Positions 52,271 through 64,000 of a DNA stretch of 64,000 nt are shown here, piece after piece. The translations under genes and the position numbers were made by a program. Position 1 is the stretch's first letter, and each line of letters begins with the position of its first letter. Origin of the DNA: Lama glama. Its lineage: Eukaryota. The DNA lies in contig CM052816.1 of the NCBI GenBank assembly GCA_028534125.1, forward strand, positions 25,298,001-25,362,000. Reading direction: 5' to 3'. Below the pieces are notes generated by a model. The model was not told where the DNA came from, did no database searches, and saw only the letters and a list, made by a program, of their open reading frames with translations.

Positions 52271-53399
52271 CTGCAATAAAAAACAGGCAAGTATTTTCTT
52301 ATTTTAACCGTGTTAAAAAAGAGATCAGGCAACATTTATAGAGTAATCAAGTTCTAAAAAATTATTATTTTTTATCTCTCTTGATCTCAAAGGTTAAGAC
52401 TGAACTTACCAGGTTGGAAACTTTCCTTTCTAATGACTGTGTTTGTTGTTAGTTATTTCTAATGAGGACGAAGTGATGGGTATAATGCCCAAATGGGTTG
52501 AATGGCTACACCCTGCTCTTGAGCACAGAGCCTTCAGCTTTGGCTCACTGTGAGGCAGATGGATCATGAAAGAAGGAAACCATACAGTGGAAACGTATCT
52601 GCATTACTTATCAATTAGCTGCTAGAAAAAGAATTCAAAGTCATGTCCTAATGTCATTGAGGCAGTGAGGTCATTTTAATAAGTGAACTTAATGCTTTAA
52701 AATTATAAATTGAGCTACTTTGTTCTTGTACCTGGGGAAGAGACCATATTTGGATCATAAGAACTAAATTCTGAGTGAGATTCTGGCTTGCTTACTGCAT
52801 GATGATACTGATAACACCTCACATTTGGATGCTAAGTCATATTTTACAATAAACTCATCCATTGACCTTATCCTATTTGAATTTCCAAAATTATAAAATA
52901 CTAAACTTGAGAATCTTGAACAAGACTTAAGGTGTATGGATGCCATGGAAAGAAACAGTAAAGCTTCTGTGGGCAGGGAGAAGAGAGAGTACTAGATTTT
53001 TGCCATGGTAGCCCAGCTTGACGACTGGGCAGTGAGGATGATAAACAAAGGAAAAGCACCTCGCAGTAACTCATCATTGAAGGCCTTCTTTATCTATTTT
53101 TTTTTTTTTACACTTTGCTTGGCAACTGCTAAACATTCTCCAGTTGCCAAAGCAGATACACAGCCATCAGCTCCTGTGCCAGAAACACATTTAAATGACA
53201 ATGCAACACTTGTGCTTAAGGAAGACCAGCCCGGTGACCTGGAGCTGCCTTGCCTACAACTGCTTTGCTGTGTTGAAACTGTCCTTTGTGCCTCATTTAT
53301 TCTGAATACATTTGAGGGCAGCTGGAAACGAACTGATGAGAGAGTCTGAATACTGAGAGAGGTGAAGGAATGACATTTTCAAGGCAGACATTGAGACTT

Positions 53400-53700
53400 T
53401 TCAGCCAGAAGCAGCAGCAGCTGCTACAGATGCTGATATAACAGATAACATTGGGGGCAGCGAGCAGGGTGGGATGTCAGTTCCATGGGAGAGACACTGC
53501 CATACAGAGAAAGTGATCCACTAAACACAGATGCTACAGCATCCAGGCCGCAGAGAGCGACCCAGGCGGGGTCCTCCCCCCGCAAGATGGCTGGCTGACA
53601 GATAATAGAGCAGGGAGGGGGGAGAGATTCAGAGTACACCTGCCCCTGCGGCAGGAGGCACTGTAAGAAGCATTCCAAACCCGAAGAGTGAAGCCTGCAT
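53400..53700. promoter_or_regulatory. Candidate GC-rich enhancer (E-box, GATA and YY1 motifs)
   Basis: About 7 CpGs in ~230 bp; CAGCTG 53418; CAGATG 53427; AGATAA 53443 and 53600; AAGATGGC 53584. Confidence 0.35.
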
Positions 53701-54269
53701 TCTTCTTCCTTCAGAGCAAGCTGTGTACACCTCCTTTGGAAGCTAAAAGATTCTGCTTTATGTTCAGTGACCTTAAAGAAACTCTCCTTTGGTAACTTTG
53801 ATTCAAGAATTCTTTGCTAACCACTCTGGTTTGAATCATTACTAATGACTGGGACAAGTGCCAAAACATTTGACTAGATGTCCAAAGCATTTAAGAGTTT
53901 AAAAATAAAGTCTTGTGGGTTGAAAAATGCCATTTAGACGTCATTTAACCTTGAGGCCTTTCTGACTCATGCCGTCTCAAAGAGTTCATAAAAATAGAAA
54001 CAAAGAGAATCAGAATGCACCTGCCTCAGTATCTGCAAACCCCATGAAACAGCATATCAAAGGATTGGTTCCAAGTCAGTCTGACATTTGAAGAACAGCA
54101 GGGCTTACAGCAGGTGAAATATCAAAGAAAACAACAAAGGAAGGCAGGCAATTGCAGCTTTACCTGGTCTTTGCTGGGTAAGAAAGCCTGGAAAATCTGT
54201 GGCATCCATTTCTCAATGTGTTCAATAGCAAATCAAAGGCTTTCATTCACCCAGAGAAGTGACAGAAGC

Positions 54270-54640
54270 CCAATTTCCATTTGGTCATTAAAGAACCATT
54301 TACTGAGCCACTACTATGTACCAAACATAGGGGACTGGGAAGCAAATGCCGAAGACATGGCACCTGATAACAGATTCTATACATTTTATATATGTAATCA
54401 ATCCATGATTTTAAAGGAGTGCAATGAATATTCCAAAAAGATACACATTGCTTTTAGAATGATAGAGAGTGATTTTACAAAATCACTTGAAGAGGAATCT
54501 AGTAAATAATAATAGCAATAGTATGGAAAGGTGACCAAATTTTTGTGGATTAAAAAAATAGGTCGTGCCATTAGTTGAGAGAGCCTGTAAAAGGAAGAAT
54601 AGATTTAAAAGGAAATCTGGTAAATTCAGCTTTAAATATC
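54270..54640 (-). mobile_element. L2 3' fragment
   Basis: catttactgagccactactatgtaccaaaca...gtgccattagttgaga...ggtaaattcagcttt. Confidence 0.65.
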
Positions 54641-54884
54641 TCTCAAATTGACATAGGGGTCCCTGAAATAATCAGATAGCCTGATGTGATTTTCATTTCC
54701 TTTTCTGCTACCATCAGCACCACTGACATTGTAACACATGAATAGCAAAATGAACAGAAAAGTTAAAAGGCTTTGCCTATATCAAGAAAAAGCATTTAGG
54801 ACTCGTGAGGGTTCTAGGCAACTGTGCCCGACACTCAGACTTCTCCCATCTTGGTTTTGTTTTTTTCTCATATTTTCTATAATT

Positions 54885-55120
54885 TAAGTGGTAAAAAGTG
54901 AGCCCAGAATCTGCACAGATTCAAATTCTACTACTTGCTGACTGGCTGACCATGAAAACTTTTCCTAAGACTCTGCTTCCTCCTTTGTGAAATGGGGATA
55001 ACTCTACATAAATCATACAATTGATGAGAGGATTAATGGGTTTGAATACAATTTGATACATTTTAAAGAGCCTAAAACAATGCCTGGGACATAGCCAGTG
55101 CTCAGTATCTGTCAGCTACT
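54885..55120 (+). mobile_element. MIR SINE
   Basis: ctctgcttcctcctttgtgaaatggggataa...gaggattaatgg...aacaatgcctgggacatag. Confidence 0.8.
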
Positions 55121-55204
55121 TTCTTTCCTACTTTGTGTTTTTCTCCACTTCCTTGTGCTTTTAATTTCCATCCCTGCCCTCTAAACTTTCTCATTTTCCT
55201 GTGA

Positions 55205-55945
55205 AAAAAAGAGCCTTGGACTAAGAAGATCTAGGTTTTGATCTTGGCGTAGTCAGTTATTACCTATGTGTTCTTGCAAAAGTTCCTTGACTTTCTGAAC
55301 TTAAGTTTCCCTAGCCATAAATTGCAGATGTTAATGATGTATTTTTCATTAGGGCCTGGTGAGGAGTGAATGAGAGGTTATGTGTGTTGGATAGTCTCCA
55401 TTTGCCCCTCCAAATCTCCTCTCCCATCTTCCACACCCTACCATTTCCTAGGTACTGACGTAAATTAATTTAGTTTAGTTAGACCCATTACCAACTAAAT
55501 CAGTGGGCAAACTTGCCCTCTGCCTTCTGGCTTGGTTTGGTGAATAGAAGACACCAGAAGAAATTTGAGGAGTCAGTATAGTGTGGCCACAGTGTTTATT
55601 TTCCTAGTTCTCTCCCTGTTCGTTCCCTGTGAGTGAGCTGTGTCAATCCACTGAAGGTTGCCATTCCGATTGAGTAGCCCCTTCACTCTCTGGGTTCTGC
55701 TATGTGCTCCCTCCTGCAGTGCTTTAAGCCAGGGATGGAAAAGGCTCCCCACTGGCGCTAGTTCTGATGCTCTGCAGCATCCCTTTCTCCTTTCCCTAAA
55801 ATAACCCTACAGACATCTTTGTAAATCATTCCTTTATTAAATTCTCCTCAATTATCCCTGTTTGAGTATGCCATCTGTTTCTTTCTAGGATCCTGACTGC
55901 TACACCATGTAAAGTCCCTGGCACTATGCCTGGCTCTTAATAAGT
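55205..55945 (+). mobile_element. MIR split by LTR33 (parts 55205-55382 and 55905-55945)
   Basis: ...gtgaggagtgaatgagaggttatg [LTR] ccatgtaaagtccctggcactatgcctggc continues the MIR tail. Confidence 0.75.
55383..55904 (+). mobile_element. ERVL solo LTR, LTR33-like
   Basis: tgtgttggatagtctccatttgcccctcc...tttgtaaatcattcctttattaaattctcctc...gccatctgtttc...cctgactgctaca; TG...CA termini. Confidence 0.85.
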
Positions 55946-58900
55946 GAGAGTTTCTCCCTAAAAACAATGTCAACAAATGATCTCCTGGGGCATTGCCTGG
56001 CTGTAGGGTGGTGTCCACAGGAAAAGAGTAGAGTCCTGACCTTGACAACATGTCTCTGGAAAATAATACAGACTCTATGAAAAAGTGAGAAAATGGTATT
56101 CCCCAAAGTAGAAGAATCTATAGTCATATCCCTCTTGTAATTCAGACTCGAAACTAAATCTGTAGTAAAGTGAGTTTTACATTTATTGTTACTCTGTGTT
56201 GGCACATCTGGCTACCGCCAAGTGCAACAGTGCCACAATCATCATTCTGTCTTTTGGACAATTCCAGTGTCCTCTCACACACGGAAGAAGAGAGAATCAT
56301 GAGAAAGAACAATGTTTGTTTTCTGTCACAGATCTATAAATTATGCCTTATCAAAGGAGTTTCTCCCAAAGTCACTGGTTACACGATTGGGTGGATTTAG
56401 CACAAGAACAATTGGAAGTTGATCAAATCCTTCAAAAATAGTATGAAAACTTCAGTATGGTGTTACAATGAAGAAAAATATCTAATTTATTTTCCAATTA
56501 TGTAACCACATTACCAGCATCTCCTTTAGTTTTAAGTCAAAATATTCATATTTTAGTCTACAAAAAAATAAAGAGATGTCAATTATGCAGCTGATGAATA
56601 ATACAGGAGTTAGTGTAATTATGTGGTGCACACCTCCTTTTTTGTTTTATTTTTTCCTAGGTGCTAGCTTTTTACACTTCCATTGGCTTCATTTTGGTGT
56701 TCATTCATTGTATTCAAACATGCTTTTTCTAAGCTTCATGTTAAATTAGCTTCATTCTAAATACCAAATATTTTCTATTCAGATCCTTAAATGTATGCAG
56801 GATATTAAATTCATGGCACTGTTTCCATAACCCTTGACACTGAATATTTAATCAGGGTTTTAAAAAAAATTCAAGTAATTTTTCCTGGTTGTGAGAAAAT
56901 ATATACTCATAGGACAGCCACTTAAAGTGTAAGTAGTATTTTAAATCATTAGTGCTAACATGCTTCAGTGTGATATTTCTTTTATATGTTAATATTAGCA
57001 ATCTATTTGAATGTTTTGTAGTCTTTTTATCTGCTTCACAAATGTTTTGCTTGCATGTTTTAAGAATTGTAAATCTCACTGATGCACAGATAATGAATAC
57101 TGATATCTCTATTTTGTTTAAAGTCTGTAAACTGAGTTTTCCTTCTCTTCTGTCAAGTCCCTTGTGGCTTAGGGTCTTAATCGTCCAAGTGCCTCGTGTG
57201 AACCAAGATGGATAGCATTCCTTCGTAAAAAAATGGACCCACAATAATAATGACAGAGCAGCATTCTTTTCTTCAAAGAGTTAAAGGCATTTAATTTGCC
57301 CGTAGGAACCTATTAGCTTGTTTCTACAAGGCTCTTTGGATGTGTTGTTTTACTAAGAATTAAATATCATGCTGACACAGGGGAGATAGGGCTATGAGGA
57401 AAGATGTATTTTTCAGTTGGGGCTCCATGTTTTCTTTTTCTCCTTTTTAAAGAGTTTTAATTTCCTTTAATGCTGATAGGGTTGAATCAAGGTGACAAAC
57501 CCCTGGCATAATGAAGACCCCTCAGCCTCGTCCCGCATCTCTCCCTCTCTAGCACCACCAGTATTGATCAGGGCCTCAAATGTTTGGCAGGGCAGCAGCC
57601 GTAGTAGGTTTTCAACTAACTGCAGTCAGGATATTTCTCTAAGGGGCTGGACCAGTTCTTCACAGACAACCCCGAGCCATGAGCTTTGCAATGAGACTGT
57701 TTCACTTGGAAAAATCAATGTAAGGCTGATGCATAAAACAGTTCTTAGAATCAAAAGGTAAAGGTATTCTAGGGATGTGTACCTCACTGCAAGACCCCAC
57801 AAACAGGCTCTTCCTACAGCAGGTTACTTATCTAGGTAAAGTTTTTCTTGTACACTTGGAATATGTATTCTGTCATTTATAAGAAAAATGTTATTTATTG
57901 CTTGGAATGGTGGCCAATGCCTAAAGAACACAGATTCTCAGTGTCACTGTGTTTAGAGAACTATTGAGTTGTCCCTTTCCATTCTCTATAGAGAATAGGA
58001 CAGAGATTGCAATTTCAAGATAATCTTTTAAAATCTCCTATCATTTTCCACAGCAAAAACTGTTATACAGACTTTTTATAAACAGACGCTCACTCCCTAT
58101 CCAAGGGGGAAAAACCTTCAAAACAAAAAACATCTATTTATTTTGATGGGAAACAGTCCTTATCAGTAGTAAGTTTAGGATTGTAACTCAAATGGCGGGC
58201 CCACAAGTCAGAGGCATAAAGAGGGGGCTCCAAAGAATACCTTTGGAGCCCATGACCTGTTCAGTACATCTTATATAAATAAGAGTTGAGAGAATCGTGT
58301 TAATTCAATGGAAATAATATAGTTTTTGCAGCAAGGAATTGCCAATTCTGACATAGCTCCTTACTAGCAACTCATTGAAACTGAGTCTGGCTTCCTCATC
58401 AGTGAATTGGATAATAATACAGATGAGGATTAGCAAGAAGCTTGCAGAGCCAGTGCAGAGACTGGAACATGGCTTGCCCGATAAATAATTATTCTGGCAA
58501 ACTGTATTTGGTTTTGTGTTTACCACAATGTGGTGTAGAAGAGAAACGCGAAAAAGTGGAATTTGTTAAACACAAACATATAAAATCTGCTTATCCTCTT
58601 TCAGTGTTACCCAAACTTTTTCTCAGCGCCTGTCTGCCAGCTTATTCTTCTTTGTTTGTAAGAGGGAAGAGCTTCATTTTCTCCACCCATCTAACACCTC
58701 CACAGTGACTAAGAGTTTCCCTGAACTGGTCCTCTATCCCAGGGAAGACTGCATTATTTCCCACAGCAAAAACTCTGCTAGTCCTTGTAATCTCAGCTCC
58801 TAAGTGTCTCTGCCTCCTGGCTGAAAAACATCTAAATCTGAGAGAGAGAGGACTTGGTGACCTTTTTTATTTTCTGATTAACCAGCCACACTTAGTATTC

Positions 58901-58989
58901 TTCACTCTTGATTAGCAGTTGATTTTATTTTACAATTTAAATAAATCTGTAGTGAAAGAATAGCTGTCCTCTTCCAGATAAATCATTCG

Positions 58990-59220
58990 TTTACGGTCTC
59001 AGACTTTGCAGTCAAGCTGCCTAGGTTTCTTGGCTTCCCTGTTTGTTGCCTGTGTGACTGTGGGCCAGCAGTTAATTTCTTTCTTCCTCAGTTGCCTCAC
59101 CTGAAAAAGAAGTATAAAAATAATACCTACCTTTTAGAGTTGTAGGTAAAATTTGTATTAGTTAATAAATGCAAAAGAGCATAGAACATAGAGTAAATGC
59201 CATATAAATGTTGGCTGTAG
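58990..59220 (+). mobile_element. MIR SINE
   Basis: tgtgtgactgtgggccag...cctcagttgcctcacctgaaaaa...aatacctacct. Confidence 0.8.
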
Positions 59221-59540
59221 TTTCCCAAGGGTTTCCATTGGGCTTATTTCATAGTTGACTTTCGTACAAAGAAAAAAATATATATATATCTATATATGTA
59301 TGTGTAGTCAACTGTTAGCATGTGTCATCAAGCTGTCTGACTTAATCTAGGCTATGTGATTTAAATCCCTCATTCCTCTCCCTGGCTAGTCTGGTTCCAC
59401 TGAGTGAATGTGCTTGGAGAGGAAGTAATTCTTTCTTTCTTCATCAGGCAAATTGCCTTGGGAGCTTTACCCCCAATCTCTCTTCATCCCAAAAACTCAA
59501 AATGATGTCTTTGCAATAAAATTCAATCTATATGTCTTTT

Positions 59541-59932
59541 CTTTCTCCAGGTTTATTGAGATATAGTTGACATACAACATTGTGTAAGTTTACGGTTTGC
59601 AGTGTGATAATTGGGTATGTGTATATATTGTGAAATGATTACCACAATAAAGTTACCTCACTTAGTTACAATTTGTGTGTAGGGTGGCAGTGATGAGAAC
59701 TTTTAAGATCCACTCTCTTAGCAACTTTTAAATATACAAGTATAGCATACAATAGTATTATTAAGTATAGAACTTATTTATCTTATAATTGGAAATTTAT
59801 GCTCTTTAACTACCTTCACCAATTTTCCCTATTCTACCCCTACTTCTGGAAACCACCAATCTACTCTGTTTCTATGAGTTCAGTTTTTTTTAGATTCCAC
59901 ATATATGTGAGAACATACAGTATTTGTCTGTG
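59541..59932 (-). mobile_element. L1MA9-like 3' terminus
   Basis: tttattgagatatagttgacata...atatattgtgaaatgattaccacaat...tagattccacatatatgtgagaacatacagtatttgtctgtgt. Confidence 0.9.
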
Positions 59933-60440
59933 TAATAATTTATCTTTTATTTGTCTTTAGTATTTTGTTTGAGTGAACAATTTTTATTGAAAACCTCAAA
60001 GATTAAAGAGGACCAAACGGTGAGTTTGGGTACCGTAACAGAAAATTTCACTTAACTGTACCATCATTCACAAGAATGAACAAGTCCAAGCATGACAAAA
60101 TTCAAATTCTTATGTAATTACCACAAGTGAATGTAAATGAACTAATCATTTTATCAGAACCTTTCTTTAATCATATGAAAAAGAAGGGAATTTACATGGC
60201 ATAACAAAATATATGCAAAACTTAATGAAACACAATGCTCTTAAGTTTCTCAAACTTATTTTTATAGGATACCGGATGCACTTGAAATGATTAAATGACT
60301 TAAGGTGATACTTTTTTGTTGCAAACTCTTTTAACATCAGTTTAACCCCCATGCATGTATTCAAAAGGAACACAGCTTTTGAATTAGAAAGATCACTTAA
60401 GTTGAAATGAGGAAGTAAGTATTGAACTTGGGAAAAAGTT
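59933..60440 (-). pseudogene. MATR3: 5'-truncated retrocopy of an mRNA 3'UTR, recognised as Matrin-3 (no coding part)
   Basis: Minus strand ends ...ggtacccaaactcaccgtttggtcctctttaatctttgaggttttcAATAAAaattgttcactca plus a decayed A-rich tail. This matches my recollection of the MATR3 mRNA 3' end. It interrupts an otherwise contiguous L1 3'UTR. Confidence 0.72.
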
Positions 60441-62003
60441 GACCTATTTCATTGAGCATAATTCCCTCAAATCCCATCCATGTTGTAGCAAATGAAAAGA
60501 GTTTCTTTTCATGGCTAAATAAAGTCTCATATATTTATGGACACTGAGGTGTTTTCCATATCTTGGCTATTGTAAATAATCCTGCAAACAATGAGGGTAC
60601 AGTTACCTCTTCAGCATAGTGATTTAATTTCTTTTGGATATATAGTCACTAGTGGGATTGCTGGATCATATGTTAGTTCTATTTTTAATATTTTTAAGAA
60701 CATCTATACTGTTTCCATAGTGGCTGCACCAGTTTACATTCCTGCAAAACTGTACAAACATTCCCTTTTTTCCACATCATCACCAACACTTACTATCTCT
60801 GGTGTATTTGATGGTAGTCATTTTGACATCACATTGTGGTTTTGATTTGCATTTCCCTGATGATTAGTGATGTTGAGCAACTTTTCATGTTCCTGTTGCC
60901 CATTTGAATATCTTCTTTGGGAAATGTTTATTTAAGCCCTTTGCCCATTTTTAAATTCAGTTAATTTATATTTTTTGCTACTGAGTTATATGAGTTTCTT
61001 ATATATTTTGGAAATTAATCCCTTATTAGGCATGTGATTTGCAAATATTTCTTCTCTTCCACATGTTGCCTTTTCATTTTGTTGATTGTATCTTTTGCTC
61101 TGCAGAAGCTTTTTAGTTTGATGTTGTCCCACTTGTTTATTTTTGCTTTTGTTGCTTGTTCTTTTGGTGTCATATCCAAAAAAACCAAGACCAATGTGAA
61201 GGGGCTTTTTCCTTATTTTCTTCTAGAGGTTTATGGTTTTAGATCTTACATTTAAGTCTTTAATCCATTTTGAATTAATTTTTGTGAGTGGTGTAAATAG
61301 GGATCCAGTTTCTTTCATTTGCATATGAATATCCAGTATTTTTAATCACCATTTATTAAAGAGACTATGTTTTCTCAATTGACTGCCTGGGATCCTTTGT
61401 CAAATATTACTTGACTCAGTATGTGTGAGTTTATTTCTGGGATCTCTGTTCTGTTCCATTGGTCTATGTGTCTGTTTTTGTGCCAATACAATACTGTGTT
61501 GATTGTTATGCCTTTTGTTATATAGTTTGAAATCAAAGTGATTAGTAATATACTTTGAAAGAAGTATGATGCCTCCAGCTTTGTTCTACTTTCTAAGTAT
61601 TGCTTTGCCTATTTAGGGTCTTTGTGATTCCATACAAATTTTAGGATTGTTTTTTCTAGCTCTGTAAAAAATGATATTGGAATCCTGATAGGGTCTGCAT
61701 TGAATCTACAGAGGGCTTTGGTTAATATGGACAGCTTAACAATATTAATTTTTCCAATCTATGAACATGGATATCTTTCCATTTATTTGTGTCATCTTTA
61801 CTTTCTTTCATCAATATCTGATAGTTTTCAGTGTACAGAGCTTCACCTACTTGGTTAAATTTATTCCTAACTATTTTATTATTTTTGATGCTATTGTAAG
61901 TGAGGTTGTTTTCTTTATTTCCTTTTCAGATAGTTTGTTTTTAGTGTATAGAAATGCAACTGATTTTTGTAGGTTAGTTTTGTATACTGTCACTTTCCTG
62001 GAT
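60441..62003 (-). mobile_element. L1MA9-like continuation (3'UTR plus 3' part of ORF2, decayed)
   Basis: gacctatttcattgagcataat resumes the L1 consensus; ...tgcctccagctttgttc...cttggttaaatttattcctaa...tagaaatgcaactgatttttgt. Confidence 0.92.
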
Positions 62004-62220
62004 GGCCAAGATTGTAGATTATACTCAGCAGTTAGGCAGGACTTTGAATTTGCTTCCCTGCCTAGGCAAGAAGGGAGAATGGGCTCACAGCAGTTATGAC
62101 CCTTTGCTTGAAGACCCAGTCAGGCAACTGCCAACCAAGGTTCCTGGCCACATGGGACCCACCAGCTCAACTCTGTGGTTGTTGGTCACCCTAGCAAGCC
62201 AGCATCTTGCCCCATTCTTC
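62004..62220 (-). mobile_element. Probable L1M 5'UTR segment joined directly to ORF2
   Basis: Abrupt GC rise; tttgcttccctgcc...ctgccaaccaaggttcctggcc...ccaccagctc resembles old L1M 5'UTRs; gcatcttg near 62202 resembles the YY1-site end. Confidence 0.55.
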
Positions 62221-62464
62221 CTGGCTGTCTGTTGCTATCAGATGTTTCTCTTCTCTCTTAATATTGGTGATTTTGTAATCAATCTACTTTCTTTTTAAGC
62301 TGGAAAACATTCTTCCCTTAAAATTCCTAACCACAATGTAAGATAAGGCTGTGGAGTTTAAGAAAACTTCACTAATGTCTTGAGAATAGAGATAGGACTT
62401 ACAACAAGAAAGAAAAAAGAAAGAGGGATGGAGGGAAGGAAATTCATGTAAGAATTCCTTCTCT

Positions 62465-62565
62465 TACAGGCCCTAGCCCCAGAAATTCTTCAGTGACCAT
62501 TTACCCCATTGGATGATGCCAGCACAGGGTATGTGTCCAGTGAAATTAGTTAAATGACTGAATGA
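62465..62565 (+). mobile_element. L2 3' end remnant
   Basis: gccagcacagggtatgtgtccagtgaaattagttaaatgactgaatgaa. Confidence 0.5.
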
Positions 62566-64000
62566 AAAGTTGCAAGATTAAGGCCATCTCCCATGCAGTG
62601 GCAGGGTTTTTGACTGGATTCTTCTTACCCTGGAGTTATTTCTTTTAAAGTCTTGACTTACCGCAAAAGTCTTGACTCCCACAGAGAGACTGATAGGCTA
62701 TTCTCAGACCTGCTACCCAGGGTGTATAATTATACCCACCGGCTCAAATCTGCCCACAGTGAAGATAACCTATTGTGTTATTATTCACAGACTTTTAATT
62801 TGCAGTTTCCATCCCAGAATTAGATCTAGGCTTTATCTTTATACAAACAAAATCCCATTGAAGGTTGTTCCACTCCCTTATGCTTATTTTAAAAATAAGC
62901 GTCTTACTGAGCAGAATTCAATCTTTTTCTTTTCAGTAATACAGATTTTGAAATTATAATTTCCTCCTTGCCCCTACCTCCTCCGCAATCCCCCAGTGTT
63001 TCAATCACTAGGTAGGGTTCAAGTTCAAGGTTCCAGACTTCTCAGGCCCCCCCTCCCCTAGTAGCCTCTGCAAGTAGTGGCATTTCCTAAACAAATGAAC
63101 TGTTTGGGGCAGAGGATGGGGAATCCACCTGACTTCTTTCTGTATTGCCTTTTCATTTATAAGGAATGAGTGTTTTGCCTGGCTTTGCTTTCTGTGCTTA
63201 AGAACTTGCTCATTAAACCCAGCAAGGGTGGCTAGTCAAAGATTCTGGTCATCTCTACCTCTTTTTCCACCTTGGAGATAAGACTATCAATCACTAACAT
63301 GCATTATAAGTTAGCTGCTGAAAGCTTGATACTGTTAGTTTAAATATCTAGTAATAAGGGAGCTTTCATTTTCTAAAAAAAACATGTAATTGTTTAGAAT
63401 TCACAGCCTTATATTTAAGCTCTGATAATTTCTTGGGTAATAAAGTTTATCAGTATCAGGCTTTTAATTTAATTTACTTTTAATCTACATACAGTCTTAG
63501 TTAAGAAAACGTACTTATAAATTTCAAAACTGTGAGAAGTTTCAATATTAAAGTTTTCCTTGATTCTGCTATCATTTAGCCTCTTTTCAAAAATATTTGT
63601 TTTTTTTTTCCTTAATGACCTTTGCATCCTGGTAGTTAACTACTAAAATAATTACTAATAGAATCATCCTACCTAAGACCCCTTGAGAGAAATCCAGCTG
63701 TATAAAGGAAGAATGAATGAATTAACTACTTTTTTTAACAGTAGATTGACATCTAATACCTAAGAGTTGCTTAATTTAGGATGGGCTCTTCAAGATTACT
63801 TTTGGATAATTTAAGGAACAAATTAGACAGTCTTAAAATTTAGACAAAGTCTAAAATTATAATGGTTCAGGTTAGACTGCCATCCTACATCATTTAAGAA
63901 ATCCTGCAGTTTGCTTTATATTTATTAAAATAAAAGTAAAATATTGACCTTCCTATCTGTTCTATAGACTAGCATTAACCTTGCCTGAAAGAAGGTGATG

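Noticed and set aside
54713..54733. REST/RE1-like atcagcaccactgacatt
   Set aside because: Only the left half matches; the GGACAG core is broken.
60591..62099. Hydrophobic plus-strand ORFs (also 29884-30102)
   Set aside because: Antisense readings of decayed L1 sequence.
6135..62220. Inferring host-gene strand from L1/LTR orientation
   Set aside because: Larger L1s and most MaLR LTRs are on the minus strand, but several L1 and LTR copies are on plus; too few and too mixed to call.
1..64000. CRISPR-like or other repeat-spacer array, or a novel multi-gene system
   Set aside because: All direct repeats are two-copy duplications or microsatellites without spacers, and no gene cluster is present.

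Overview
AT-rich, CpG-depleted mammalian non-coding DNA, either a large intron or an intergenic region. I can support no protein-coding gene, tRNA, rRNA, miRNA or CRISPR array. The supplied ORFs look spurious: low-complexity, antisense to L1, or inside LTRs. Much of the window is ancient repeats: MIR/MIR3, L2, L3/CR1, L1M, MaLR (MLT1) and ERVL solo LTRs, and hAT/Tigger MITEs. Repeat family names come from remembered consensus sequences, not a database search, and boundaries are approximate unless a target-site duplication (TSD) is given. There are no Alu, B1/B2, Bov-A2/BovB, PRE1, CHR or Can-SINE copies, but there is one cetartiodactyl-type L1 3' end, which suggests a camelid-like genome (inference). 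Most notable: (1) a ~500-bp 5'-truncated retrocopy of what I recognise as the MATR3 3'UTR inside an L1MA9-like element; (2) that L1 joins its 5'UTR directly to mid-ORF2 at a CAG junction (possible spliced L1); (3) a three-level nest L2 > MLT1F > MER21C with an intact TSD; (4) an old ~260-bp local duplication 1.9 kb apart; (5) repeat-poor blocks with dense transcription-factor motifs and a few candidate non-coding exons; (6) a perfect 16-bp inverted repeat and several micro-duplications. I did not find evidence for a new biological system.
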